Program-made: the position numbers and the translations under genes
Assembly (NCBI GenBank): GCA_013239625.1
Contig: MU053934.1
Span: 2,101,031-2,165,030 of the forward strand
Reading direction: 5' to 3'
DNA: 64,000 nt
From: Lama guanicoe
Lineage: Eukaryota
In this document: one piece after another, positions 49,008-60,245 of the stretch
Position numbering within the stretch: position 1 is the first letter of the stretch
Layout of the letters: every line of letters begins with the position of its first letter
The notes under the pieces: model-generated
Seen by the model: only the letters and a program-made list of their open reading frames with translations
Databases searched by the model: none
Told to the model about the DNA's origin: nothing

Positions 49008-49400
49008 TATCAGCCAGGATACTTGAGGTTATGCTTCAGTAACAAACAGCCCCCAAATCTCAGTGGTTTACAACAACAAAGTTTACTTCTTGCTCATGCT
49101 ACATACCCACTGTGGGTCAGGTGGAATTCCGCTCCTGCAGTCTTCCCTCCTGGACCCAGGAGAAGGGAGCAGTTGGTGGTTGGAACACTGCTGGTTGGTT
49201 GTCATGGTAGAGAAAAAGGGTCTTTTAATTAGCACTAAATGCTATGGCTTTGAAATGACACATATCATTTCCATTCAAAACTCATTGATCAGAACTGGTT
49301 ACAAATTCCTGCATCACCATAAAGAGGACAGGAAGTATAAATCTACCCTGTGTCTGGAAGGCATGGGGAAAAAGTCACAAAAATGTAGTAAACGGCCTTA
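49008..49400 (-). mobile_element. ancient ERVL/MaLR LTR (MLT1/LTR33-like; duplicated at +5090)
   Basis: TATCAGCCAGGAT..GGTTATGCT..GTAACAAACAGCCCC..TCTCAGTGGTTTACAACAACAAAG. Confidence 0.7.
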
Positions 49401-51929
49401 CTGATAACCACAGTGTTTTTGAGAGCCCCTGCCCTGCCAGAGGGATGGCTGGACAGTGGGAGGGGGGCAGGGGCTGGGAGGGGTAGGGGAAGGAGGAATA
49501 TAGAGAGGGGCCCCACATGGAGTGTGTGACCAGGTCGATGTGCAAGGCTGAGGCCGGAGGAGCTCTGGGTGCCTTCCTCATCTGGACTGGACCCAAACAG
49601 AACCTGGCCCTTCTATTCTGGCAGCCAACAAGCCAGCCCTGCCAGGAGATGTGCATCCCACGCTCTCGAGCTCCATGTATATAACCTGTCTCCCTAGGCC
49701 TCCAGTTGGTGGGCAACACAGAGTCACAAAGCAGTATTTCTCTGGCTCCATCCCTCCTGCTTTGCTGGATTCCAGGACTTAATGGATGCTTCTAAAAGTC
49801 TGGGGAGCCCCCAGGCAGTGTTTCTGACGTGCTCCCACCCTGGTGCCTCTTCGGTTACTGCTGACGCGGCAAAAGTAGCCTCTGCCGGCTTTGTCCTCCG
49901 AGGTCCCCTGGGGCTGCAGACACGAGGCTCCAACAGCAGCAATGTCTGTGCCAACAGTGCCACCTCCTGTCCCTTCGGAGACTGCTGGCAATGTCCAGCG
50001 CCCACAGTGCCCCATCTCACGCTGCAGCTCTTACAGAAGATTCAGCGTGAGACCTGGCACAGGGACGCTTGAGTGGCCAACACTGCAGACCCATTAGTTT
50101 CCTTTCTGACCCACGCTGGCCATCTTCCAGATTCTGGATTTCAGGTCTTCTTTTGACCTTCCTCCCACCTTAGAAGTTGCAGGGCCTCTGCCTGGAAACC
50201 TCTTACCACCACTTTCCTTTCTGTCCTCCTCATCCCTTGTTCATCCTTCATAGATGAGCTCAAATGCCACTTCTTCAAGGAAGCCTTCCTTGATTCCTCA
50301 AACTAAGTGAAGTCCCCCAGTATAAGATCTCTCCTTTTTTTTTAATTCATTTAAAAAATTTTTGTTTCCATTTTTTAAAATATTGCGGTATAGCTGATTT
50401 ACAATGTTGTATTAGTTTCTGGCGGTCAGCATAGTGATTCAGTTATACATATAAATATACACATATTCCTTTTCATATTCTTTTTCATTACAGGTTACTA
50501 CAAGCCATTGAATATAGTTCCTGTGGTCCTTGTTTATCTATTCTGTACATAGTAGTTTAGAGAATCTCCACCTCACGCCCCGCCACGCAGCAGGCCTCCA
50601 CTGTCACCCTCGTGTTACAGGTGATGGAATCGAGGCACAAAGAAGTCCCGTAACTTGCTTAAAGATACACGGCAGGCAAGGAGTGGAGCTGGGATTCCAA
50701 CTCAGGCGGTGAGGTTCCAGAGTCCCCACATTCACCTCCTAGGTGACGTTGTCTCTCAATGTAGAATTTTTTTTTATTGATTTCAAAAATTCAGTTTTCT
50801 ATGTTACAGGCCACTTTTTTCTTTATATGCTTCCCATCCTGCCAACCCCCCACCAGAAACAACAAATGGCCTCTGATGAATTGTTCCAATATCTGTAATT
50901 CTTATTGTCCATTGGTTCCTTCCATCCCTCCCTGGCTACAGGCTGATGGGAGGCACAGGTGAGGGAAGAATATGACTGTGGGGGTCAGGTGACGCCCATT
51001 CTCACCCCAGTTCCTCATGAACTTCAGGATGACCTTGGCTGGGCCCCTTCCCACCCCCTGCCTTCAGCCTCCCTCTGTAGTGCTGGGGTGATGCTGGAGC
51101 CCATGACCTCCACGGGCCCTCCTGCTCAAGGATTCTCTGGCTTTCTCTGGTCTATTTTTGCCTGACACCTCTCCCAGGGGCCTGTGGGCCTGAGCTAATT
51201 TCCCTGGCTGGCCCTGATCCAGGCAGCTCAGGTGGAGAGTGCCAAGCTAATGAGGCCAAGGTCATGGGCCAGCTAGCAGCTCTCGGAGGAACCCGTGGCT
51301 CTGCAGCTGGACTGCAGCTCTCCCGCCGGTCCCCAGGCTCGGGCACGGGGGAGGTGATGAGGGTAAAGCTGGCCCCATAGCCCAGGTCCCAGTTACCCTC
51401 TGTGACTGCAGCACAGCGTGTCCCCCGGTCACATGACAAGAGGGGCGTATGCGGGGAGCGGGGAGAGGACCAGATGGTTTCAAAGGTACATCTCCGTGCC
51501 TGCAAGCAGACCCATTCTGGCAAAGCCAGGAAGATGAAAAGCAGTTCTACTTCTTTAAAGCTAAAGCAAGAGAGCATGTCCACATACTCCCAGGTCCCCC
51601 ACTGTGTTCTTTCTCCTTCCTTCTGTGTGAGTCACGTCCAGGTCTCCTAATTCGGGGTGAAGTAGAGAACGGCTTCCTCTTCTACGTTATTACCTATCAC
51701 AAGGGCAAGGGTTGCCTGTTTTGTTCAATGCTGCATTCCTGGCACCTAGATCAGTGCCTGGCATGCATACAGTAGGAGCAGAATAAATATCATTTGAGTG
51801 AACCAACTCACTTTTATCCAGAGAGAGGCGATGGACTGCCTTTGAAAGGACACAGTATCACCAATGAGTTCTATCTGATTTATTTTCAAATGTTTCTGTC
51901 TCAAAGAGTCTGTGGAAGCTTGGTGTTTA

Positions 51930-52033
51930 TTTATTTATTTATTTATCTTTTTAGAGGTGGTGCTGAGGATTGAACCCAGGACCTCATGCATGCTGAGCAT
52001 GAGCTCTACCATTTGAGCTATACCCTCTCCTTA
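51930..52033 (-). mobile_element. tRNA-derived SINE (vic-1-like), in duplication copy 2
   Basis: Same sequence and TSD as 46840-46943. Confidence 0.93.
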
Positions 52034-55000
52034 AAGCTTGGTGTTTAGAGAAAAACTATAAGACAGCTCTAGGAAAAAAGAATAAATCCTTTTACAGTGT
52101 GCCACCACCCCCGAATTTGAACATTTTGCAAATTTGCATTTTCTTATGAAAGGTTTTTCAGCTCAGTTCAGTGTCTATTATTCATTATTATGTTACATTA
52201 TTAATTTTTTTGAGTTCATACCATCAGCCAGGCTTTGGGCTAAGCACAAGACAAGGATTGATTTGTTTACTTTCCATAACGACTGTGTAAGATGGGCACT
52301 ACCATTATTCCCATTTTATAGATGAGAAAACTGAGGCAGACAGTGGTCAAGTAATTTGCTCAAACTCACAAGAGTTGTGAGTTCCGGAGCCAGGAATCAA
52401 ACTCCAGAGCCCACACTTCTAATCACAACTAATGCTGCTCTTCGGGACTTTTCTCTGCATGCAAGCATCTGTCTATGAGGCGCTGGTGATTTAACGATGA
52501 ATGAGGCCTCCAGCAAGTGAGACTGGTACATCCACACGCTGGACTATTCAGCAATGACAGGGAAGGGGTGGTTGGTACATGCAGCAGCCTGATGACCCTC
52601 CGAGAATTATGCTGAGTGTAAAAAGGCAGCTCCCCCCAAATTCTCATACTGCATGATTCCATTTATATAACATTCTCAAAAGGATAAAATTATAGAAACG
52701 GAGAATAGAGTAGTAACACCGAAAACTACAGAGGGGTGAGGTGCGAGGGAAGAAAGCGTGGTTATAAAAAGGTAACATGAGGAATCCTTGGGGTGATGGA
52801 AATACTCTGTTATCCTGACTCCATCAATGTCAATATCCTGGCTGTGATATTGAAGAGGAGGCAAAAGAAGCAGCATTTGCTACAGTAAAATACAGCTAGC
52901 AGCCCAGAGCCACAAAGTAGAGAACCGGCTTGTGTGTGAGCTAAACCTGTGTGTGTGTGTTTGCATGTATAGCATTTAAATGTTTACTTGCCAACGTTTA
53001 AAAATTTTGTAAGATGTTACCACTGAGGGATATTGGGTAAAGGGTACATGGGCTCTCTCTCAATTACGTTGCACAGAGGCAAGATAAAGAGTTTAATTTC
53101 AAAAAGAGAATGAGTGTTCCTGCCTGCAAGGAGCTCCTGTGCAGGGAGTGAGACCCTGCCCCGGGTGGCCAGGTCACTTCTGCACATCCTGGTGGGGTGA
53201 CAGTTGTGATGGATCAGGGAGGCTTCCAAGGCAGCGACGGGGGAGCTGAGTCCTCAGATATCAGCAGGTCAGAGGTGAGAGGAGGAGGGGTCAGAGACAG
53301 GCAGGGCAGTCTGAACAAGTGGGGCGCCAGGGTCTTCTTTCCCCAGAGTTACCTCTGGGCCCCCAAGATCTCAAAACATCCCATTGCAAAAACACATCAC
53401 GCGGGCTCTTTCCCACCTGGTACGTATACATTTTAAGGGACAGAGAAATTATCACCTTAAATTTTTCCTTCAACCTTTGGTGCCTGCTGCTGCTTATTCG
53501 GAGAGACCTCAGTCACAGGCGGAAACGAAGGTTCCCTTGTCAGACACCGCACTAGAGAGCGAGCGTCTTCGTTCAGCCTGTCAGGATCATCCTCCACGCT
53601 CAATTTAGTAAAAAGGCAGATGGTAATGTTTTTCTAGTTAAGAGATCATTTCTTTTTTAAACACATGGATTTTTTTTTCTTGATAGGCCTAGTCCTGCTT
53701 TATATATAATAGCAACTCAGTGGTGGAAAGAGTGAGGATTTGGGGGTCAGAGGACCCTGCATTTGAAACTCAATTCTACCACTTACTAGCTATGGTCTTG
53801 ACCTTCATTCTCCCTGAGCCTCCGTCCCCTGATCTCTACAATGAGACTCATTATATTAAACAGGCCAGCAGTACTGAATCCATAGGGGGTTTATGAGGAA
53901 ACAGTTGCCAAAGAACCTAGTATAAGGTCTGATATATAGAAAGCACTCAGTAAATGATCCTTATTATTGCTAACAATAATTCGAGTTTATGTAAGAAATT
54001 AAAGGTGTCTACCTTTAACAGCACTATGAATCCAGAACTATGTACTATGTATCCAGTACTATGAGTCTAGTACTATGATTATCAGGAGTTTTGCTCGTAT
54101 CAGCCAGGATACTTGAGGTTATGCTGCAGTGACAAACAGCCCCCAGATCTCAGTGGTTTACAACAACAAAGTTTACTTCTTGCTCATGCTACATACCCAC
54201 TGTGGGTCAGGTGGAATTCCGCTCCTGCAGTCTTCCCTCCTGGACCCAGGAGAAGGGAGCAGTTGGTGGTTGGAACACTGCTGGTTGGTTGTCATGGTAG
54301 AGAAAAAGGGTCTTTTAATTAGCACTAAATGCTATGGCTTTGAAATGACACATATCATTTCCATTCAAAACTCATTGATCAGAACTGGTTACAAATTCCT
54401 GCATCACCATAAAGAGGACAGGAAGTATAAATCTACCCTGTGTCTGGAAGGCATGGGGAAAAAGTCACAAAAATGTAGTAAACGGCCTTACTGATAACCA
54501 CAGTGTTTTTGAGAGCCCCTGCCCTGCCAGAGGGATGGCTGGACAGTGGGAGGGGGGCAGGGGCTGGGAGGGGTAGGGGAAGGAGGAATATAGAGAGGGG
54601 CCCCACATGGAGTGTGTGACCAGGTCGATGTGCAAGGCTGAGGCCGGAGGAGCTCTGGGTGCCTTCCTCATCTGGACTGGACCCAAACAGAACCTGGCCC
54701 TTCTATTCTGGCAGCCAACAAGCCAGCCCTGCCAGGAGATGTGCATCCCACGCTCTCGAGCTCCATGTATATAACCTGTCTCCCTAGGCCTCCAGTTGGT
54801 GGGCAACACAGAGTCACAAAGCAGTATTTCTCTGGCTCCATCCCTCCTGCTTTGCTGGATTCCAGGACTTAATGGATGCTTCTAAAAGTCTGGGGAGCCC
54901 CCAGGCAGTGTTTCTGACGTGCTCCCACCCTGGTGCCTCTTCGGTTACTGCTGACGCGGCAAAAGTAGCCTCTGCCGGCTTTGTCCTCCGAGGTCCCCTG

Positions 55001-55424
55001 GGGCTGCAGACACGAGGCTCCAACAGCAGCAATGTCTGTGCCAACAGTGCCACCTCCTGTCCCTTCGGAGACTGCTGGCAATGTCCAGCGCCCACAGTGC
55101 CCCATCTCACGCTGCAGCTCTTACAGAAGATTCAGCGTGAGACCTGGCACAGGGACGCTTGAGTGGCCAGCACTGCAGACCCATTAGTTTCCTTTCTGAC
55201 CCACGCTGGCCATCTTCCAGATTCTGGATTTCAGGTCTTCTTTTGACCTTCCTCCCACCTTAGAAGTTGCAGGGCCTCTGCCTGGAAACCTCTTACCACC
55301 ACTTTCCTTTCTGTCCTCCTCATCCCTTGTTCATCCTTCATAGATGAGCTCAAATGCCACTTCTTCAAGGAAGCCTTCCTTGATTCCTCAAACTAAGTGA
55401 AGTCCCCCAGTATAAGATCTCTCC

Positions 55425-55649
55425 TTTTTTTTTAATTCATTTAAAAAATTTTTGTTTCCATTTTTTAAAATATTGCGGTATAGCTGATTTACAATGTTGT
55501 ATTAGTTTCTGGCGGTCAGCATAGTGATTCAGTTATACATATAAATATACACATATTCCTTTTCATATTCTTTTTCATTACAGGTTACTACAAGCCATTG
55601 AATATAGTTCCTGTGGTCCTTGTTTATCTATTCTGTACATAGTAGTTTT
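55425..55649 (-). mobile_element. 5'-truncated L1 3' UTR (counterpart at 50335-50558 lacks its right TSD)
   Basis: GTATAGCTGATTTACAATGTTGTATTAGTTTCTGG..; TSD GTATAAGATCTCTCC 55410-55424 / GTATAAAACCTCTCC 55650-55664. Confidence 0.88.
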
Positions 55650-56369
55650 GTATAAAACCTCTCCCTTTGATGTTGGATTGGCCGGTAATGACAGAGGTTC
55701 CAGAAGAAGAGACATCGCTGGTCAAAAGCATTTCCAAACAGCAAATACATCCTTCACACTCCTTATGAGACTTGACACTGCACCGGTGACAGGCTGCTCA
55801 CACATCTTTTGTGATCCTCAGGGAAGAGATGCAGGTTTGTCAGATGCCTTGGCCTTGGTGAGATGCTGCTGTGGGTTTCGAGTTTGCCCCAACACGCTGA
55901 TGTAGGTAAATGAACACGTTGACTTGAGTGGCTGGAAAAGGAAACTTCTTTGCTCTCCGTTTGCCCCAGGTGACTCACACCTTCCTTGTCAAGGAGAGCA
56001 GATGTTTCCTTGCCAGTGGGGATCTGGTCCTCGTGGAGGCCAGGGGAGGCAATTCCAATGCTCTGGCCGGAGCAGTTTCCCAAGAGGCCCATGGTCCCCA
56101 CAAAGCTGATTGTCAATCCAGCATTGCTCTTAATCTAGTTTTAAAAATTGAAGAAACTCAGTAACAGTATGTGCATTCAGGCATAGGTAGGTAAATTAGG
56201 ATCTGTCCTTACCAGGAAATACTGGTGTTTGGGGGAAAAGCACATGTGCCACAGCTGCTGCCTTCTGGGGTCACCTGGCCACGGCCCAAGTGGTCCAGGA
56301 ACCCATGTGGAGCCTGGAGAACTCTCAGTCTTCCTCCTCCCCCTTCATGGGCATCGGGATGCAGAAAAA

Positions 56370-56500
56370 GCAGTCAGACGAGGTTTGAATCCAGGCTCTG
56401 CTACCTTGGACCAGTTACCTGTACATCCTGTGCCTCAGTGTCCCCATTTGTCAAATGGAACCAATAATCCTCTTTTCAAAGTGTTATTTTGAGGATGAGG
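56370..56500 (+). mobile_element. MIR SINE
   Basis: GGTTTGAATCCAGGCTCTGC..GTGCCTCAGTGTCCCCATTTGTCAAATGG. Confidence 0.8.
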
Positions 56501-58526
56501 TGAAAGGAAGGCCATGCTCCTCCTCTCACTACGCGCCCGCCCCAACCTCCAGATCACTGACGAATGAGGCCCAGCTAATCTCAGCTTTGTAGATGCCAGT
56601 CCCCAGTCCCAGGACCTGAGTTATAACCATGCCCTCCCTCTAGTATCCAAAATACACCCAGAAGGAAAACTGAGATCACACAGATGTAAGAGGTGCCCAG
56701 TGATACAGAATGTGATTTTTGTTGTTTGGGTTGTTTTGTTTATTTGTTTGTTTTTATGCAAATACCTCTAGTAGAATGATGTCAGTATAATTCGGTTTTC
56801 CCAGCACATTCAAGTTTTGAAGCAAATCTGGGGCAAGTGTTCACACAGACAAGCAGAAAGACATGGCAAAAGCTGCTGACCCTCAGGACACACAGAAACA
56901 CCTTCTCCTCCTGTCACCCCGAAGACCTGATCGCTTCCGGCTGCCCACTTCTGGGCAAGTCACGGCTGATTGAATGGCTCCAGAACCTCGTATCAGGAAG
57001 TTGCGAAGTCATTCCTCGCTATATTCAAATAATGGGTTAATTGAGAAGGCTACACCCAGGATCTGATGTTAATTTTGACAGAAGTAGTCTCCAGTAAAAG
57101 CAAATTCACCAGTACTTACATTCTGAAGTTAAGATCAGGAACCTCAGGGGCATAAGGCTGCAAAGTGTTGATGGATCGGTGGAGTTTTAACTGGGGAGGA
57201 ATTGCTATCAGGATCATGATGGCTCTGGTTAAGGTTCTAGTTGCAAAGTTTCACAGGTTTGGAGGGGCCTTGCCCAGCCCAGCTTTCTCATAAGCCCTGT
57301 TGGTTGTGGTGCAGGAGCAGCAGAGCAGAAGGCTTCAGGAGCACACACTGGGAGTCGGATCAGAGACAGCTGTGCTGATTGCTGTGTTGAACGACCTTTA
57401 CCTACCTGGCCGCCTCTGGGTGTTTGCTCTTCCCGTTCCCACCACCAGGAACACTTGATTCCATCATCTGGCAAGATTTAGGCATCCTCCAAAGCCCAAA
57501 GCAGGCCAGACCTCCTTAAAGAAATCTTCCAGAGTCCTCTCTGGCAGGGTTGACTGTCACCAGCTCCGTGGTTCGATGGTACCCAAGGGTGCTTAAACCT
57601 AGCCACACGCCCTCTTTCTTGGTCTGTCTCCTTCTACTGGACTCTGATAACTAGACTGTGGCTTTCCCAAGTGCATCTATGTCCCCAGTGTCTTGTACAT
57701 GACCCGGGCTTGAGTGGACAGAGGCAAATTGCTTTTTGAATAAAAGTAGACATGAAAAAGCAGGGATTGGTGGACAGAGATGCTTGGATGGACACAGAAG
57801 GCTCTGGGAGCCTGTTTTCAGGAAACCTGGATTTTTCTGTAGCAGTGTATCTCTGCTTGACTACACATCCTCTCTCTGGAAACAGAGGAAGCTGAGGGAG
57901 TGGCAAGTATTAAACTCAGATGGGATCGAGGAAAGAAAGTAAATTCTGTTTCCTGCCTAGTGGCTGTGGAGAACAGCGATCCACTGCTGAAGGCTTGTTA
58001 GGCTGAGGTCTTTACAAGCAGTTACAGACTTAATTCTCACATCCATTCCAGGAGGGAGGTACATCTTCTACAGACCAAGAAGTCAAGGTTCAGAGAGGAA
58101 AACAACTTACCTGAGATCTCAGGGATAGAAAGAAAAATAGAAGCCCAGGTCTGACTCCAAAGCTGAAGATCTTAAGCATTCTGATTTACCTCCAAGGGGA
58201 AGCAGATGGGAGTGGGCCAGGAACACACAGGTCCTGGTTCACCCTTCCTCTAAGAGCCTGATTCCCTGGGATAAACATCATGGGGCATCCTGGACTCTTA
58301 GAGCCTGTGGAGGGACAGAAGGAGGGATGGGTACGATTCTATCAGACAGGCACTCTCCAATTGGCAATTCATTTACTTTTTCCTCATGTGCTGCTTCTTC
58401 TGAGGCACAGAATTGTTATTTTATCATGTAGGTAGGGAAATGGAGGCAAAGGCTGGGGCAATGGCTTGTTCAAGATCACACAGCAAGTCAGCAAAGGAAC
58501 TAAGGCTCAAAAATAATTTCAGTTAT

Positions 58527-58650
58527 GGGGGGAAGGTATAGCTTAGTGGTAGAGTACATGTTTAGCATGCATGAGGCCCTAGGTTCAGTCCTGAATACTT
58601 CCATTAATAATTAATTAATGAATTACATCTAATTACACCCACCCACTTTT
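58527..58650 (+). mobile_element. tRNA-derived SINE (vic-1-like)
   Basis: GGGGGGAAGGTATAGCTTAGTGGTAGAG..GGTTCAGTCC; TSD TTTCAGTTA 58517-58525 / 58651-58659. Confidence 0.88.
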
Positions 58651-58719
58651 TTTCAGTTAAGCTCCTAACAACAGGCTCTCCTGCAGATGACAACCACACA
58701 CTCTAGACAATGTACAAAA

Positions 58720-60030
58720 CAACCACTTCCGGGCTCAGAAGAAGGAACAGAAGCAGAAAGATGCTGAGAGAAGTCAAAATATGGATTCAGTGATGAGCAG
58801 AGAATGAGTTCAGCATATTTTGCAGCTTTCTCTGGAAGGCAGCCGCAATCATAGCACAGCTTGAAGTGACTGAAACTCTGATGGAAACCCTGCCATCTTT
58901 CTGGCCTGAAAAAACCAGAGGACAGAGCTGAGGGCAGCCAGGGAGAGGGAAGAGAAAGGGTTAAAGGAGAGAGTCAAAGAAGGGACGCTCCAAATTCCGT
59001 GCATAATCTCTAGCCCAGTGTCTGATGGATCCTAACCATACATGCATTAAACAGACTAAAAGAAGTCTGAAATGAGATGTTACCTGCTTCCCATCACAGA
59101 CAAGACACACCTGCAATTTAAGTCTAACCAAGTGAATTGCCTGCCAGAGGGGGGAAAAATCAACCTTTTTGGAGGAATAGAAGAGAATCCACAGTCTCTT
59201 CAACATAACACTCATAATGTCCAGGACATGATAAAAATTTACTTGACATAGAACAAAGAAAATGTATCCAATTCTCAAAAGGAAAGACAACCAAAAGAGG
59301 TCAGCCCTCAATGATCCAGATGTGGGAACTAATAGGCAAAAATTTACAGACAATTATTATAACCATGCTTGATGAGATAAGGAAAAATACACATGTGTGA
59401 AGAGATAGGAATCTCAGCAGAGGAACAGGAAATACAAAAAAAAAAAAAGCAAAAATTTTAGAACTGAAATACACAGTTCTAGATAGATATTTAGAAATTA
59501 TCCAATCTAAGGAAACAAGAGAAAAAACATTGTAAAAATAGACAGTCTCAAGGGCCTGTGGGAAAATATCATCTGAAGATAATGGGTAATTGGAGAATTG
59601 AGATCCCAGGAAGAGAGAAGAGAGAATAGAGTGGGAAAGAAATATCTGAAGAAATAATGGCTGAAAACTTTTCAAATTTGGTAAAAAAAAAAAGATAAAT
59701 TTACATGTTCAAGAAGTTTTGTGAACCCCAAACCGACTATAAGACAATTCTACTTAGGCCTGAGGTAGTAGAACTGCTGAAAACCAAAGACAAAGAGAAA
59801 ATCTTGAAAGTAGATAAATAAAATAACATATTTCATTATAAGGAACAATGATTCAAACAGCAGAGAACTTTGTATCAGACACTGTGGAGATCAAGAGATG
59901 CTGGAACCACACCTTTAAAGGGCCGAAAGAAAAGGCTGTGAACCTAGAATTCTATACCCAGAAAAGATATCTTTCAAAAAATGAAAGCAAAATGCAGACA
60001 TTTCTAGAAAAGGAAAGCTAAAAGGGTTCA
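58720..60030 (+). mobile_element. old L1 5' region/ORF1 remnant (L1M-type)
   Basis: AATATCTGAAGAAATAATGGCTGAAAACTTTTCAAATTTGG..AAAGAGAAAATCTTGAAAG..AACCTAGAATTCTATACCCAG (PRILYP motif of ORF1). Confidence 0.85.
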
Positions 60031-60084
60031 TTGAACATGGAGACGCCATGGCTAGAAGCCTTCATCCCACGTGTGCTCTGTATC

Positions 60085-60245
60085 TGAACTCTGAACTCCA
60101 GGCAGGACAGAACCCTGTCTCACCTTTATGTCTCCAGAATCTCACAAGTGCTAGACACAGAGAAGGGGAGGGGGTGTCAATGAGCATTTGATGAGTGAAA
60201 GGTGTAATGGATGGATGGATGGATGGATAGTTGGATGAATGAAGG
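60085..60245 (+). mobile_element. L2 3' end with a (GGAT)n tail
   Basis: AACTCCAGGCAGGACAGAACCCTGTCT..GTGCTAGACACAG..GGATGGATGGATGGATG..GAATGAA. Confidence 0.7.

Larger units (their letters stand above)
45470..55648 (+). repeat. 5,089-bp tandem duplication (copy 1 45470-50558, copy 2 50560-55648)
   Basis: Constant offset of 5090 across the whole unit and identical ORF sets; about 10 substitutions seen and no indels. Confidence 0.97.

Noticed and set aside
45687..55187. Duplicated ORF sets read as a tandem gene family
   Set aside because: They only reflect the 5.09-kb DNA duplication and have no coding hallmarks
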